Source of the DNA: Octopus bimaculoides
Taxonomy: Eukaryota
DNA length: 32,934 nt
NCBI RefSeq assembly: GCF_001194135.2
Contig: NC_069003.1
Location: forward strand, 27,479,431 to 27,512,364
Direction of reading: 5' to 3'
Shown piece after piece: positions 32,581-32,934 of the stretch. The notes under the pieces are model-generated. The model did no database searches, was not told the origin of the DNA, and was given only the letters and a program-made list of their open reading frames with translations. The number at the start of each line of letters is the position of its first letter. Position 1 is the first letter of the stretch. Position numbers and translations under genes: made by a program.

Positions 32581-32795
32581 AACAAGGCGATTTCAGCTCA
32601 AGAACAACAGGATTGCTCATATCAGTGATGATAGTCATTATAAATAATAACACTAATGGTATTGTAAGGATGGAACGGTATAAGAGGATGGGTCAACGAG
32701 ACAAGACAACAACGAAAAAACTGGGTAATATATATATAATATAATATAATATATATATATATATATATTCTCTTTCTCTTCCTCTATCATTTTCC

Positions 32796-32934
32796 CCCCT
32801 CTCGTTCTTCCTCTTTACTACTACGTATCTCGCTTTACCCCTCTCGTTCTTCCTCTTTACTACTACGTATCTCGCTTTACCCCTCTCGTTCTTCCCCTGT
32901 TACTACTACGTATCTCTTTTTCACCCCTCGTATT
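32796..32934. repeat. 42 bp tandem repeat, ~3.3 copies (runs off the window)
   Basis: CCCCTCTCGTTCTTCCTCTTTACTACTACGTATCTCGCTTTA at 32796, 32838 and 32880. Confidence 0.95.

Overview
AT-rich, gapped eukaryotic sequence (N runs at 4015-4545, 5574-5648, 22677-23546, 29007-29512, 30777-30786) with no recognisable intact host gene; it reads as intronic or intergenic DNA. The repeat content (several tRNA-headed SINE families, dense TA/CA/TC/GATA/TAG microsatellites) resembles Octopus genomic DNA; this is inferred from recall, not from a search. Almost all ORFs in the supplied track are artefacts of microsatellites, N gaps or SINEs. Real coding relics are all transposon-derived: an internally deleted hAT transposase (~1830-2400), RLE-type (R4/Dong-like) non-LTR fragments (6043, 12825, 24960, 25949), an RTE-like RT fragment (30950-31248) and a Penelope-like element relic (31709-32580). 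The main unexplained signal is a set of type I hammerhead-ribozyme-like folds from four unrelated repeat families. One heads a ~556 bp direct repeat pair that brackets the hAT fragment. One sits beside an inverted copy of its own repeat that runs into a gap. A mirrored pair lies at the centre of a perfect 244 bp palindrome flanked by a 14 bp direct repeat. Two core-variant copies lie in a short non-coding repeat. All folds were derived by hand and none is tested.
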